Assembly (NCBI GenBank): GCA_963701085.1
Contig: OY969561.1
Coordinates: forward strand, 864,001-928,000
Length of the DNA stretch: 64,000 nt
Direction of reading: 5' to 3'
DNA from: an uncultured bacterium
GTDB lineage: Bacteria > Babelota > Babeliae > Babelales > Vermiphilaceae
The notes under the pieces were generated by a model. That model made no database searches, was not told the DNA's origin, and saw nothing but the letters and a program-made list of their open reading frames with translations. Position numbers and translations under genes: made by a program. Below, one piece after another: positions 9,808 to 20,534 of the stretch; positions within the stretch are counted from its first letter, which is position 1; each line of letters opens with the position of its first letter.

Positions 9808-11345
9808 TGCGTCTCTTTTTCAAGGTACTGATCAAGCGAACGATACATAATAGCTTCTTGAATATGCACAACATCAATTTCTTCACTTGATGCCAAATCT
9901 GCAATAGTACGTGCTACTTTTAAAATTTTATGATAACCACGCATACTTAAATTAAGCTTATCAAATGCTTTTCTGATAATAGATTCTGCTGCAGGAGTGA
10001 GTACACAATATTTTTCAACCTGATCCGCCGCCATAAAATTATTATAGGTCTGTGTATCGCCAAATCTTTTTTCTTGCGTTACACGAGCTATCGCAACTTT
10101 TTCATATAAAATAGCACTACTTTGAGTATCAACTCCCGTCTTAATAGAATCATATTCAATAGATTGCACATGTACCTGCAGATCAATACGATCTAACAAT
10201 GGCCCCGATAACTTGCTGATATATTTAACAATCTGTTGACGCGAGCATCTACATTGACGTTTTTTATCACCAAAAAAACCACAAGGACACGGATTAAGCG
10301 CCGCAACAAGCAAAAATGATGCGGGAAATGAAACACTTTGTGCAACACGTGATATTGAAACTGTTTTACTTTCTAATGGCTGGCGCAAAGCTTCCAGCGT
10401 ATCACGTTTAAATTCAGTCAGCTCATCTAAAAATAAAATACCGTGGTGGGCAAGACTAATTTCACCAGGTTGCGGATAAGAACCTCCACCAACAAGACCT
10501 GCTTGAGAAATAGTATGATGAGGGCTGCGAAATGCGCGTTGTGTAAGAAGTGATTGATTAGTTAATTTACCCGTAATTGAATAAATTTTACTCGTCTCTA
10601 AAAGTTCATTAAATGTCATCGGTGGCATAATAGTTTGCAAACGTTTGGCAAGCATGGTCTTACCAGAACCAGGCGAACCAATAAAAAGAATATTGTGCCG
10701 CCCTGCTGCTGCAATTTGCAACGCCCTTTTTGCCATTTGTTGGCCCTTAACCTGAGAAAAATCAAGAGATGTATCTTTTTGTGCCGCAAGATACTCATCA
10801 AACATATGTTGAGCTGGTGCAATATCAGCCTCACGACGCAAATAAGCAATCAGTTCAGTCAGATGGTCTACGCCAATAACTTCTAAATCTTTAATTAATG
10901 CAGCTTCTTGCATATTTGCTTTGGGAACAATAATGCGACGTTTGCCCAACTTTTGTGCATCATACGCAATTGCCAATGCACCTTTAATAAAGCGAATGCT
11001 CCCATCAAGTGAAAGCTCTCCCAAAAACAACGTCTCTTGCAAAAATGCTTGTGGAACTTCTAATGATTGATTCGCCAACAAAATACCAATTGCGATCGGT
11101 AAATCAAACAACGTTCCCTCTTTTTTTAAATCTGCAGGAGCCAAATTGACCGTGATGCGTTTTGCAGGAAGCCGGAATCCAGCATTTTTAAGAGATGTTA
11201 AAATACGTTTGCTACTTTCTTTAATAGCAGTATCAGGTAATCCAACAATATAAAAGTTAACTAACCCAAATGAGATATCAACTTCTACTTCCACCAAATG
11301 AGCATCAACACCTATTGTTGTTGCAGAAAATATTTTTGAATGCAT
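9804..11345 (-). CDS. comM: YifB/ComM family Mg-chelatase-like AAA+ ATPase
   Basis: IVGLPD, ITVNLAPADLKKEG, GSPGSGKT, FRSPHH, GEISLAHHGILFLDE, NPCPCG, SGPLLDRID. Confidence 0.92.
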   Translation of the reverse strand: MHSKIFSATTIGVDAHLVEVEVDISFGLVNFYIVGLPDTAIKESSKRILTSLKNAGFRLPAKRITVNLAPADLKKEGTLFDLPIAIGILLANQSLEVPQAFLQETLFLGELSLDGSIRFIKGALAIAYDAQKLGKRRIIVPKANMQEAALIKDLEVIGVDHLTELIAYLRREADIAPAQHMFDEYLAAQKDTSLDFSQVKGQQMAKRALQIAAAGRHNILFIGSPGSGKTMLAKRLQTIMPPMTFNELLETSKIYSITGKLTNQSLLTQRAFRSPHHTISQAGLVGGGSYPQPGEISLAHHGILFLDELTEFKRDTLEALRQPLESKTVSISRVAQSVSFPASFLLVAALNPCPCGFFGDKKRQCRCSRQQIVKYISKLSGPLLDRIDLQVHVQSIEYDSIKTGVDTQSSAILYEKVAIARVTQEKRFGDTQTYNNFMAADQVEKYCVLTPAAESIIRKAFDKLNLSMRGYHKILKVARTIADLASSEEIDVVHIQEAIMYRSLDQYLEKETQ

Positions 11346-11555
11346 TCTATAATTTCTTACGTGTAATAATTTAATAATTTAAAAAAACTTATTAATTAAA
11401 ATATATATCATAAATCTTGATGGTTGGAAATAAATATTATAACAATTAAGACCAATAATAAAATGAGCCTCATTAATTGAGGTGGTAGTTTTCAAAAAAA
11501 ATCGTAAACTATAGCTATGATATGAGCCACTATGCAAGCAAAATAGAGAAAGTAC

Positions 11556-14366
11556 ATGAATAAAAAAATAACTATTTCACTGATCGCAATTTTATTATCT
11601 TTGCATCTTAACAGTGCCGTACTAATACGCGGCGATAAAGATGCCCCAGAAGGACAAACATTCTCATTCAATGTAAACAAAAATATCTTCAGCTCTTCAG
11701 GCAACTTCTACGAAGGCTCAAATCAAATACTCACCGATGAGAATGCACAACCATTTGCCCTATCTCGCCTACTTCGCGGAGCTATCGGATTTATGCCTAT
11801 AACTCCTGCAACAGTAACCTTAAACGGGCAAGCAGATATAGCAAACCCTCTTCTTGGACAACAAATTATTGCACTCGGCATGCTGGAAACAGAAGATGGT
11901 TTTACCATGCGCGATATGCCCATTGTTGTTGGTGCACAGAGGCCAGCTACCGTGTATCTTTTTGAAAACATTTCACAATCCTTTCCAACTACGGTAGTAA
12001 TGGCTGCTTCACAAGATGTGCATGATGCAAATGGCGCTGTTTCACCGGGCATTGTTGATCTTACAACAAATATCACCAGTCACGTATTTGCCGCAGCCAA
12101 ACCCAATGGTGGAGAATTTGGGGATCTTAACAGCAGCATTGCAATGCTCATACGAGGCATAGTGGAAAACCCAATTGATAAATCAAAAAACCAAATTTTT
12201 AGTGAAATTCAAGCTCTACGCCTTGATCCAACATCACCAGCACTTTTTATTAATAACAATCTTGCACGCATTATACAAAATCAGGTTGCTATGCATTGGG
12301 ACCCTTTCTTAGAACGTCTCTATATTGGTTTGTCAGTTGTGGCCAACAGCGGCGCCACTGATGGTGCACGCTCTATTGCAGTTGTTAAATTTATAGAAAA
12401 TGGCGCAATCACTCTCGAAACCATTGCACCTGATACCGCGTTTACTCCAGGAAATATCGAAAGTATTATTGGTGTTATTGGTGCCAACCAACAACTCTCT
12501 GTTAACGCACTTTCCACCATGTACACGAGCACCGCACTCAACTATCTCATTATTGTTGGTGGAAATGGTAACCTTGCAGCTCACAACAATTCTGTATTCG
12601 CACTACCACTCGTCAATAGCGGTGATGCACTTGGAATGATTGCACAAAAAAATGCACAGCCGGTTAACGTTTTTAAAGATGCAAATGTTCCCCGCTTAAT
12701 TGCACGCACTATCAGTGAACCTGCAACAACCCCTGCTGACATGACACAAGCAACGGACATCGCTGCACAAGTTGGCGGTGGGCCGTTAACCGCAGGACCT
12801 ATTGTAAATATTATTGTACGCGATGATACGGTATTCGCTTTTGTTGGTACAGAAACTCCTGGTGTGTATTCTTCCCAAGCAATTTTCAATGCTGCCGGCA
12901 AAATAACCTCCTGGACCAATTGGCAACGGGCAGCAGGAACAACAGAACAAATTTTTGGTGCTGCGCTCAACGCATTTGATGGTAATTTTATTTTAGCTTC
13001 AGGAACGGATGCAGATTCTGTTAACACCATACAACGAACATTATGGTCTGATGGTTCACCAGAAAGCTTGCAACCTCTCACCGCCATTTTAGACGCAACA
13101 TTTGCACAAAATAACGGTGGCATTCAAGGATTAGAAACATTCTTACCAAACACGCCCGGACTACACAACATTGCGCTCCTCATTGCAGGAGGAATCGGTA
13201 ACATTGTATTGGCACAAACAGGACTGCTCAATAATAACGGCATTATTATCCCAACAGCCGGAGCTGATTTTAACAACATGATAGAATTTGATAATGGTGC
13301 TATCACGAGCGATGTTACTGCAAAAACTGTCATCATTTCTGGTGGCGCACTGGATAATGTTGGCCCAATCACTGCGATTGAAATTGCACGCAACGCAACT
13401 AACGGTTGGCTTTTTGTTGGTGGATCAAATGGACTTGCAATTCTTGCGCAACCAGATGGCACAGGCTGGGATACCACAACACAACTTGGTGATAATTTAA
13501 CGGGATTACAAAGTGGAATGAATTTCAAAAGTATTGGTAATTATAGTTTTGTAAAAAAACTTATCAGTGATAGTAATTTTTTATACGTCATCAACCATAC
13601 CACTATTGATCGTATTAACCTCACCACATCTGATTTTGGCACTAATACCCTTGATGTGACCACCATTCATTCCCCAATTTCCACACCGTTCCAATTGGGG
13701 TCCCCATTGAAGAGTAATGGAAATGGGGTTCATTTTCTTGACGGCATATTTTCACAAGCATGCGGCATTATCGCAACAACAGATGGATTATTACGCATCG
13801 GTGATGGTAAAGATGTACGCACCGTCATGAATGAAACAGATGCACAATGGACACCGATTGCAATTGGTGAAAATGCAGGCGCTCCAACCGCACTGTATAC
13901 GGTAACAAAAACTAATATCGAGCAGGATATTACAAGAAACAGCGGTGGTCATTTTTATGTGCTTACTGCCGATGTTGGTCTTAATCAATCACGCATTAAC
14001 AGATTTGCGGTACAACCGCTTGGCGCAACTGACACAATGGCTTCTACAACAGTGCAACCGTTTGACGATCTCTTTGTAAAAAATATTCCTTCATTTTTAC
14101 TTTCATTCGGGGAGTTTAGAAGTAATTTTGCAACGGATGGTGCACTTTATTTTGCAACACGCAACCAAAATGTCAGACGTGCACCAATTGCTTTAGTTAC
14201 GCCATCATTCCCCGTGCCACGTGTTGGGATTTCTGGCGTTGGCGATCGCAGCTCATTAGTAAATATAAACTTCCAACAGGGAACAGAGATAAATTATTTT
14301 TCACGCAGCCAAGCCTCAGGAAGCTGGATTGCCGCAGGAAATTTTAATACGCAAGTGCTTGAATAA
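11556..14366 (+). CDS. Large secreted beta-rich hypothetical protein
   Basis: 936 aa, signal peptide, Gly/Thr/Asn-rich; carries an in-frame palindromic insert at ~13672-13728. Confidence 0.7.
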   Translation: MNKKITISLIAILLSLHLNSAVLIRGDKDAPEGQTFSFNVNKNIFSSSGNFYEGSNQILTDENAQPFALSRLLRGAIGFMPITPATVTLNGQADIANPLLGQQIIALGMLETEDGFTMRDMPIVVGAQRPATVYLFENISQSFPTTVVMAASQDVHDANGAVSPGIVDLTTNITSHVFAAAKPNGGEFGDLNSSIAMLIRGIVENPIDKSKNQIFSEIQALRLDPTSPALFINNNLARIIQNQVAMHWDPFLERLYIGLSVVANSGATDGARSIAVVKFIENGAITLETIAPDTAFTPGNIESIIGVIGANQQLSVNALSTMYTSTALNYLIIVGGNGNLAAHNNSVFALPLVNSGDALGMIAQKNAQPVNVFKDANVPRLIARTISEPATTPADMTQATDIAAQVGGGPLTAGPIVNIIVRDDTVFAFVGTETPGVYSSQAIFNAAGKITSWTNWQRAAGTTEQIFGAALNAFDGNFILASGTDADSVNTIQRTLWSDGSPESLQPLTAILDATFAQNNGGIQGLETFLPNTPGLHNIALLIAGGIGNIVLAQTGLLNNNGIIIPTAGADFNNMIEFDNGAITSDVTAKTVIISGGALDNVGPITAIEIARNATNGWLFVGGSNGLAILAQPDGTGWDTTTQLGDNLTGLQSGMNFKSIGNYSFVKKLISDSNFLYVINHTTIDRINLTTSDFGTNTLDVTTIHSPISTPFQLGSPLKSNGNGVHFLDGIFSQACGIIATTDGLLRIGDGKDVRTVMNETDAQWTPIAIGENAGAPTALYTVTKTNIEQDITRNSGGHFYVLTADVGLNQSRINRFAVQPLGATDTMASTTVQPFDDLFVKNIPSFLLSFGEFRSNFATDGALYFATRNQNVRRAPIALVTPSFPVPRVGISGVGDRSSLVNINFQQGTEINYFSRSQASGSWIAAGNFNTQVLE

Positions 14367-14426
14367 ATATGATTAAACTTATTTATAACATAAATCACTA
14401 TAGTTACCCGCTTGAAGTATTCTCTT

Positions 14427-14504
14427 CCGCGCTCGTCCTGAACTTGTTGAAGGATATCCTCGAGCGCTCGAAGAAATCCTTCAACAAGTTCAGGACGAGC
14501 GCGG
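14427..14504. repeat. Near-perfect ~78-bp palindromic element (simple form)
   Basis: ccgcgctcgtcctgaacttgttgaaggatatcctcgagcgctcgaagaaatccttcaacaagttcaggacgagcgcgg; near-identical copies at ~24415-24489 and ~45780-45854. Confidence 0.9.
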
Positions 14505-14568
14505 GAGACTATACAGACAAACCAAATTTGATGATTGTTGCTATAAAAACTAAACGTAGGATGCTGCA

Positions 14569-15828
14569 ATGACGTGCAGAAAAAAAGTAATACTCTCAAT
14601 CTTTATATCACTCGCTCTCACGAGCAACGCCGTTCGGGCAATGAACATTGTTAATACATTGTGGCCGTATGATACTCTCATTCGTCCAACATTTAATAAT
14701 CAACGCGCGTGGCAATTAGCATTCTACACTGAAGGTGGATACCATAATGCCAGAGGATTTGATGATGAAGGTGATAATGTTAATCCACTACAAATTTGGA
14801 ACAGACAACAAAATGCACTTGCAATGTTAGAAGGGTTCCCTGAAGAGAGTCCCATTTCCCAATTGCGCGCAGAACTACTGGATTGTGATGATGGTATTCG
14901 CGGAAGATTTAATGTCTGTGGTGATGTGCAGATGAATTTTAACAGCTCATTTGCTGCTCGCTTCTTTTTTGCCAATGATTGGTCGGTAGGGTTATATCTC
15001 CCTGTTTATCAAATGAAACTGAAAGATGTTCATTTTCAGGATCTTACACCCAACGTTGATAATCTCGATAAACTTGTCCACCGTTTACTCACTGATAACT
15101 TAGCAGAAAATGTACAACAACTTGGCTGTCTTGATATTGGCCCCTGGAAACGGGATGGCGTTGGTGATCTTCTTTTGCTTGTTGACTGGTTTCGCGATTT
15201 TTATCAAAACAAACCATTTCTGAAATGTGTACGCACAAACTGGCGTGTTGGTTTAGGGTTCCCTACCGGATTACATGAAAATCCAAATCTTATTTTCGCT
15301 GTTCCATTTGGCTACGACGGTGCATTCTTCATGCCATTTGGCCTTGGCATTGATCTTACCCTGGGCACAAATTTTAAATGCGGCATTGATGTGCAATTAA
15401 CCCAAATTTTTGGCCATACACGATCACGCCGAATTAAAACAGACCTACAGCAAACAGAATTGCTGTTGCTGCAAAAAGCTACAACATTCGAAGACTATGG
15501 GCTGGTACAACGCTTTAATCTCTATGCTGAACTGTATAATTTCTTTAAGGGGTTATCATTTGTTGCTGGTTACCAATTCCTCAAACAAGGTGAAGGAGAA
15601 ATTTCATTAAAAACACAAGAATTCTCAAGCAACATTGCTAACACATCTCCACGCCTTGAACCTTTCACCATGCATCATGCGATTACCAAGTTCACCTATG
15701 ATTTTGGTGTTCACAATCCTGCCGGCCGCACGCGCCCTGAATTGAGTGTATACGCACGCTTACCATTTAACGGCAGAAATGTTGCACTTGTTCCTATGAT
15801 CGGCTTTGTCGCTTCTATTGATTTCTAA
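14569..15828 (+). CDS. Putative outer-membrane beta-barrel protein
   Basis: Signal peptide, aromatic/alternating strands, G.GD motif, C-terminal GFVASIDF ending in Phe. Confidence 0.55.
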   Translation: MTCRKKVILSIFISLALTSNAVRAMNIVNTLWPYDTLIRPTFNNQRAWQLAFYTEGGYHNARGFDDEGDNVNPLQIWNRQQNALAMLEGFPEESPISQLRAELLDCDDGIRGRFNVCGDVQMNFNSSFAARFFFANDWSVGLYLPVYQMKLKDVHFQDLTPNVDNLDKLVHRLLTDNLAENVQQLGCLDIGPWKRDGVGDLLLLVDWFRDFYQNKPFLKCVRTNWRVGLGFPTGLHENPNLIFAVPFGYDGAFFMPFGLGIDLTLGTNFKCGIDVQLTQIFGHTRSRRIKTDLQQTELLLLQKATTFEDYGLVQRFNLYAELYNFFKGLSFVAGYQFLKQGEGEISLKTQEFSSNIANTSPRLEPFTMHHAITKFTYDFGVHNPAGRTRPELSVYARLPFNGRNVALVPMIGFVASIDF

Positions 15829-15833
15829 AACAC

Positions 15834-15874
15834 AAAAAAAGGGGCCTTGGAATTTTTACACTCCAAGGCCCCTC
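15834..15874. terminator. Bidirectional intrinsic terminator
   Basis: A-run + ggggccttgga...tccaaggcccc hairpin between convergent genes. Confidence 0.7.
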
Positions 15875-15900
15875 ATAATTAAAAATCAATTTTTTACAAA

Positions 15901-16326
15901 CTACTTATTGTCACGAGCTATTGTTAGTTCTTTCCTAAGATCCATCACTGACATATCACCTTTTCCTGCGTGCTCAGCCCTAGAAAGAACAAAATCAGAT
16001 GCCATAACAAACATTACTGTATCCCTGCAATCATTACATTGGTGATGTTTGTTGTATTTCTTAACTGCATATTCGAGCTGTAATCCCACAATATGATTAA
16101 ATTCTGAAACTGAAAGATCACGACTATTATCTCGCAAATCATTCATTCTCAATTCATGATTACCATCAGCGTTATCGCAATTGGTTATAACATCATAAAG
16201 GCTCTTTTCCGCTTTATGCATAGCGTCCACATCTTTTTGTATGAGCTGTTGAAAATTTATGGTTATTGCATTAACCGAAATAACCATTGTCGCCATCAAT
16301 AAAAATAACATTTTTGTATTTTTCAT
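15901..16326 (-). CDS. Hypothetical secreted protein
   Basis: 141 aa, signal peptide ending VNA, RBS gagggag. Confidence 0.65.
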   Translation of the reverse strand: MKNTKMLFLLMATMVISVNAITINFQQLIQKDVDAMHKAEKSLYDVITNCDNADGNHELRMNDLRDNSRDLSVSEFNHIVGLQLEYAVKKYNKHHQCNDCRDTVMFVMASDFVLSRAEHAGKGDMSVMDLRKELTIARDNK

Positions 16327-16500
16327 AAGAAACTCCCTCTATTGTTAAAAAAACAACTTCTCTGTGTTCTATTATAAGATTATCATATAGAATTAAAACC
16401 GTCAAATGGCCCCATATATCGTACTACTTTTGCTTACCAACCATTGGCACCAAAAAAAAGGGCTTGGAAGCATACATCTTCCAAGCCCTTCTCAATTACA

Positions 16501-16986
16501 TTATTTTACTTTTTTTATACCTGCTGTATATTGGTTTGGATGCTTTAGCCCGGCTTTTTGTGCAAGATCCATCAAATCACGACTGCTTTTTAGTGCCATT
16601 GTGTTCAAAAAATTAACTTCTTGTTGCTTAAGATACACTGCCAACAATCCACATACAGGATTACCTGATCTGATATAACTTGCTTTTGCTTCTTCTTTTG
16701 CAGTTTTACCACTCCTATTTTCTATCAATGGATTTGGTAACCAGTTTTTATTATTGTGCTTAAACTGTTCCATTTTTTGATTAACCTCAGACCAATCTTC
16801 AAACGTTTTACACTCAATAGCCAGCTTATGCCAAAATGTATTGTTGTATTCATCTTGTTTGTTATGCGCAAATTCCAATCCAAATTTTCTAATATCCACG
16901 ATAACTTCTTTGTTATCCATAGCAACAATCACCGGGCTATACATCATCGCTGCAATCATTAACATTTTTGCATTAATCATCAACAT
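16501..16986 (-). CDS. Hypothetical secreted protein
   Basis: Start reassigned to MLMINAKML (aggag upstream); signal ends IVAM; terminator hairpin at ~16452-16490. Confidence 0.6.
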   Translation of the reverse strand: MLMINAKMLMIAAMMYSPVIVAMDNKEVIVDIRKFGLEFAHNKQDEYNNTFWHKLAIECKTFEDWSEVNQKMEQFKHNNKNWLPNPLIENRSGKTAKEEAKASYIRSGNPVCGLLAVYLKQQEVNFLNTMALKSSRDLMDLAQKAGLKHPNQYTAGIKKVK

Positions 16987-17096
16987 CTCCTGTATATAAA
17001 CTAAAAATTTAAAAATTCTCGACATTTCAAAACACCGTTTATTACACTGCCTATACATGTCATTATAATACTATTTTTTTTAGAAGAGGAATTTCT

Positions 17097-18203
17097 ATGA
17101 ATAAAAGAACTCAGACAAACTATTTTTTAACTGTTTTATGCTTATTAGTACCAGCATATGCGCATGCAAGTAAAGACAACACCGTTATTGCAACCATCAA
17201 TACAGGAGTTAACCCAGCGGGCATTGCAATTACTCGTAATAATCATTACGCATATGTTGCAAACAACAATAATTATGGAGTTAATGATCAAGACTCAGTC
17301 AGTGTACTCAATCTTAAACATAACAATGTTGAGAGTATCATATTCGATTCCAGTTTTAACGAACCATACACCATCACTATTAACCACAAAGGCACAAAAG
17401 CCTATGTTACCAATAGCAACAGCACAACAATCACCATTATCTATCTTGCAACGAACCAAGTTATAGGCGTTATTAATGGCTTTGATGGCCCATCTGGCAT
17501 GGTGATAACTTCGGATGATAATTTTGCATATGTAAACAACTATGGTGGCCCTGAAGGCGTTGGTAGTGGTAATGCACGCACCGTCAGTTTTGTTGATTTG
17601 AATAACAACATCATTATTGGAGCACCAATTACCGTAGGACTTGCTCCTGCTGCATTAGCAATATCACGTGATGGTAAGTTTGTATATACGATCAATTATG
17701 TCGACGGTAATCCAGGCACAGGAACCATAAGTGTTATACGCACCAGTGATAATGTAGTAATTGATACAATAAGCGGCTTTTCTGGGCCATTTGCAATTGC
17801 ACTAACACGTGATAGCAAACATGCGTATGTAACCAATTTTGGCAGCAACAATTTTTCACCAATCGGCACAACAGTAAGCATTGTTAATTTAGAATGCAAT
17901 GAAATAGTTGATACCATTGATCTTGCAATACAACCAGCTGGTCTTGCTATAACACCAAATGGTAAATTTGCATACGTCAGTAATTATAATACGCTCTACC
18001 AAAATGGCGCGCCTAACTTTACTGGTCTAACAGCTGGTCAAGGAACGGTGAATGTTATTGATGTTAAAAAAAGAAAAGTACTCAACAACACAATACCAGT
18101 TGGTGAATCACCTGCAAATATTGCAATATCGCGTGATGGTAAATTTGCATACGTGACTAATTACACTTCAAATACGGTGAATGTTATTAAGCTTGATCAT
18201 TAA
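17097..18203 (+). CDS. YncE/YVTN-repeat beta-propeller protein
   Basis: Repeated P..IAI..DG..AYVTN...TVSVI units; signal peptide; terminator at ~18216-18261. Confidence 0.88.
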   Translation: MNKRTQTNYFLTVLCLLVPAYAHASKDNTVIATINTGVNPAGIAITRNNHYAYVANNNNYGVNDQDSVSVLNLKHNNVESIIFDSSFNEPYTITINHKGTKAYVTNSNSTTITIIYLATNQVIGVINGFDGPSGMVITSDDNFAYVNNYGGPEGVGSGNARTVSFVDLNNNIIIGAPITVGLAPAALAISRDGKFVYTINYVDGNPGTGTISVIRTSDNVVIDTISGFSGPFAIALTRDSKHAYVTNFGSNNFSPIGTTVSIVNLECNEIVDTIDLAIQPAGLAITPNGKFAYVSNYNTLYQNGAPNFTGLTAGQGTVNVIDVKKRKVLNNTIPVGESPANIAISRDGKFAYVTNYTSNTVNVIKLDH

Positions 18204-18795
18204 ATAATTTATAACAAAAAAAAGAACTTGTAGCAGTAAGATGCCGCAAGTTCTTTTTTTTGTTATTTTTGAATTTTTATAAGTTAGTCCAGCCGTCGCC
18301 CCTCTTTCGCCAAGGCTTCAAAGCGCAAAGCAAGACTATGGAGGATTATACTTCAAGTTCCATCGCCTGACGATATTCAATGAGATCAGCCTCAAAATCT
18401 AACGCTAAATTATCATGTTCATGAATTATCTGACCGGCTAATTTTTTTTTGCTTCATACTTTTCCTAAAAAAGTAGTGCGATTTATTGCACCATGTGTTT
18501 GTTGCACGAAATGTATTAAAAGACATTGTGCAACAAAAATGTGAAAAAACCTTTATTTTTCATAAAAAACAATTGTTGCTTTGTATCGTAATCATAATAA
18601 AAAAAGCAAACAATATCAAAAATTGAGTTTAAAAAACTATTTATTCTTTACCATTGGCATAATATATGTTATTGTTTTCTAAATTAGTTACATAACAGAA
18701 ATATTCAGGAGGCGTTCATCATGTTTTAACCACAACATGTTTTTAACCACAACGTTAGTTCTCACAATATTTAATTTTCTTTAATAAAGGTCTTT

Positions 18796-19398
18796 ATGAG
18801 AAAGATTTTAGGTTTATTATTTATTTCATTTTCTATGTTTTCGATGCAATTAGATCTCGTAAGTTCTAAAAGCAAAGTAAATAGATTCCAAGAAAAGTTA
18901 TCTAAACAGATAGATAGCGTAGATAAAGTACACATTAAACCAGCATCGATTGTTGTTCCAAACCGTTTGGGATCGGTCGAACTTTATCATAGTAAAAAAG
19001 GCTTTTATGTTCGCCAGGATGATAAAAAATACGCTATTAAAAAGTATTTTACTGATCCAATGTTACAGAACATAACAAAAACACAACTTAAAGCCTTTCT
19101 AGCAAATGGATATCTTACTATCAATCAAATGGAAGATGGTGAGTATTCACTTAAAGCTAAAGGACGTATGGTTGGTGGAGGAGCAATTGGAGCAGCAATT
19201 GGAGCTTGCGTCGGCAAAGTAGCTGTTTCTTTAGTAGGTCATGGAGCTATTCAGATAATTGCACTATGTACAGGACCAGCTTACATTCCAACGGTTATTG
19301 CTTTAGAAACATTTTTCGGCGTACAAATTGAAGCAGCCACTATGGCAGGAGCTGTTGCAGGAGGTATAGCGCTTGGTGTTGCAACAGGACCTGTATGA
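18796..19398 (+). CDS. Secreted precursor, conserved pro-domain + Gly/Ala-rich hydrophobic tail (array copy 1, intact)
   Basis: Signal peptide, SMQLDLVSSKSKVNRFQEKLSKQI...YSLKAKGRMVGG then GxxxG-rich tail. Confidence 0.75.
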   Translation: MRKILGLLFISFSMFSMQLDLVSSKSKVNRFQEKLSKQIDSVDKVHIKPASIVVPNRLGSVELYHSKKGFYVRQDDKKYAIKKYFTDPMLQNITKTQLKAFLANGYLTINQMEDGEYSLKAKGRMVGGGAIGAAIGACVGKVAVSLVGHGAIQIIALCTGPAYIPTVIALETFFGVQIEAATMAGAVAGGIALGVATGPV

Positions 19399-19526
19399 TC
19401 TATTGGTATGAACAAGTACTTTATGGATTAATAACATTTTTATTGATTCATATATTTAAGTTCTATGTTCTAGGAAATGAAGACATTGGCCTAATTATAA
19501 TTAAGTATTTTAGGAACAAAAAATGA
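19395..19526 (+). CDS. Small membrane peptide (43 aa), putative immunity/accessory
   Basis: ATGA overlap with upstream stop; MIYWYEQVLYGLITFLLIHIFKFYVLGNEDIGLIIIKYFRNKK; below ORF-track cutoff. Confidence 0.55.
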   Translation: MIYWYEQVLYGLITFLLIHIFKFYVLGNEDIGLIIIKYFRNKK

Positions 19527-19666
19527 CTCAAAATGAACATACTTTTGTAGCAGGAATTATTGTTTTCATTTCATATCAAGCAATATTTCATATGGTGTTA
19601 AAACATCATCCTGTTACTAAGAAAAACATGGAAGAATTATTAGAGATTATTAAAGAATATTTTTAA
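19523..19666 (+). CDS. Small membrane peptide (47 aa), putative immunity/accessory
   Basis: ATGA overlap; MTQNEHTFVAGIIVFISYQAIFHMVLKHHPVTKKNMEELLEIIKEYF. Confidence 0.55.
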   Translation: MTQNEHTFVAGIIVFISYQAIFHMVLKHHPVTKKNMEELLEIIKEYF

Positions 19667-19690
19667 AAACAAACTAAGTTAGGAATCTCT

Positions 19691-20525
19691 ATGAGAAAGA
19701 TCTTATACCTATCGTTAATCGTATTTCCCATTTTTTCAATGCAATTGGATCTTGTAAGTTCTAAAAACAAAGTGAATAGATTTCAAGAAAAATTATCTAA
19801 ACAGATAAGCAATACAGATAAGGTACACATTAAACCGGCATCAGTTTTTGCTCCTAATCATTTAGGGATCAGTTGAACTTTATCATGGTAAAAAGGGTTT
19901 TTCTGTTATCCAAGATGACAAAAAACATATCATTAAAAAATACTTTACTGACCCAATGGTACGTGACATTACCAAAAAACAATTGAAATCATTTCTAAAG
20001 GGCGGCTATTTTTCACTTAATCAGATGGATGATGGTGAATTTTCACTCAAAACTAAAGGACGCATAGTCGGTGGTGGTCCTCTTTTTGGCACCGCAGCTT
20101 ATTGGATAACTAAATCACTATGCTATGCAGTAGGATTTGCTGCAATTGGTGGTACCGTTGTTACAACTGGAGGAGCTGCAGTAGGATTAGCTACTTATGC
20201 AACAGCAACTGCCGGTGGTGTAGCACTTACAACCGCTGCAATTACTACAACGTCAGCAGCGGCGATAGGCACCACAACCGGTGTTGTAGTAGGAACAGTT
20301 GCAACGGGAGCATCATTAGCAACGGGAGCTGGTATTGTAGGCGGAGCAATTGGTGTTGCAAGTGCAAGTGGGGTAACTATTGCTGGTGCAACTTTAGGTA
20401 CTGCAGCTGCAACTACTACAGCAGCAGTTGTTACAGGGGCTGGTGGTATTGGAGCAACTATAGCAGGTGTAGAGGCAGTATCATTGGCTGTTGGAACATT
20501 CTTTGGAATGCTACCTACTCCATAA
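19691..20525 (+). pseudogene. Array copy 2, +1 frameshift near 19865
   Basis: ORFs 19691..19876 and 19956..20525 together align to copy 1; ttagggatcagttgaa has one extra G versus ttgggatcggtcgaa. Confidence 0.75.
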
Positions 20526-20534
20526 AGGTAAAAT

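Noticed and set aside
11723-13528. Long antisense ORFs inside the 936-aa gene (and similar ones in rho, ftsZ, ftsY)
   Set aside because: Typical antisense shadows from codon bias; no RBS or motif support.
14369-14599. Short ORFs 14369..14572 (+) and 14294..14599 (-)
   Set aside because: They are translations through the intergenic palindrome; no independent coding evidence.
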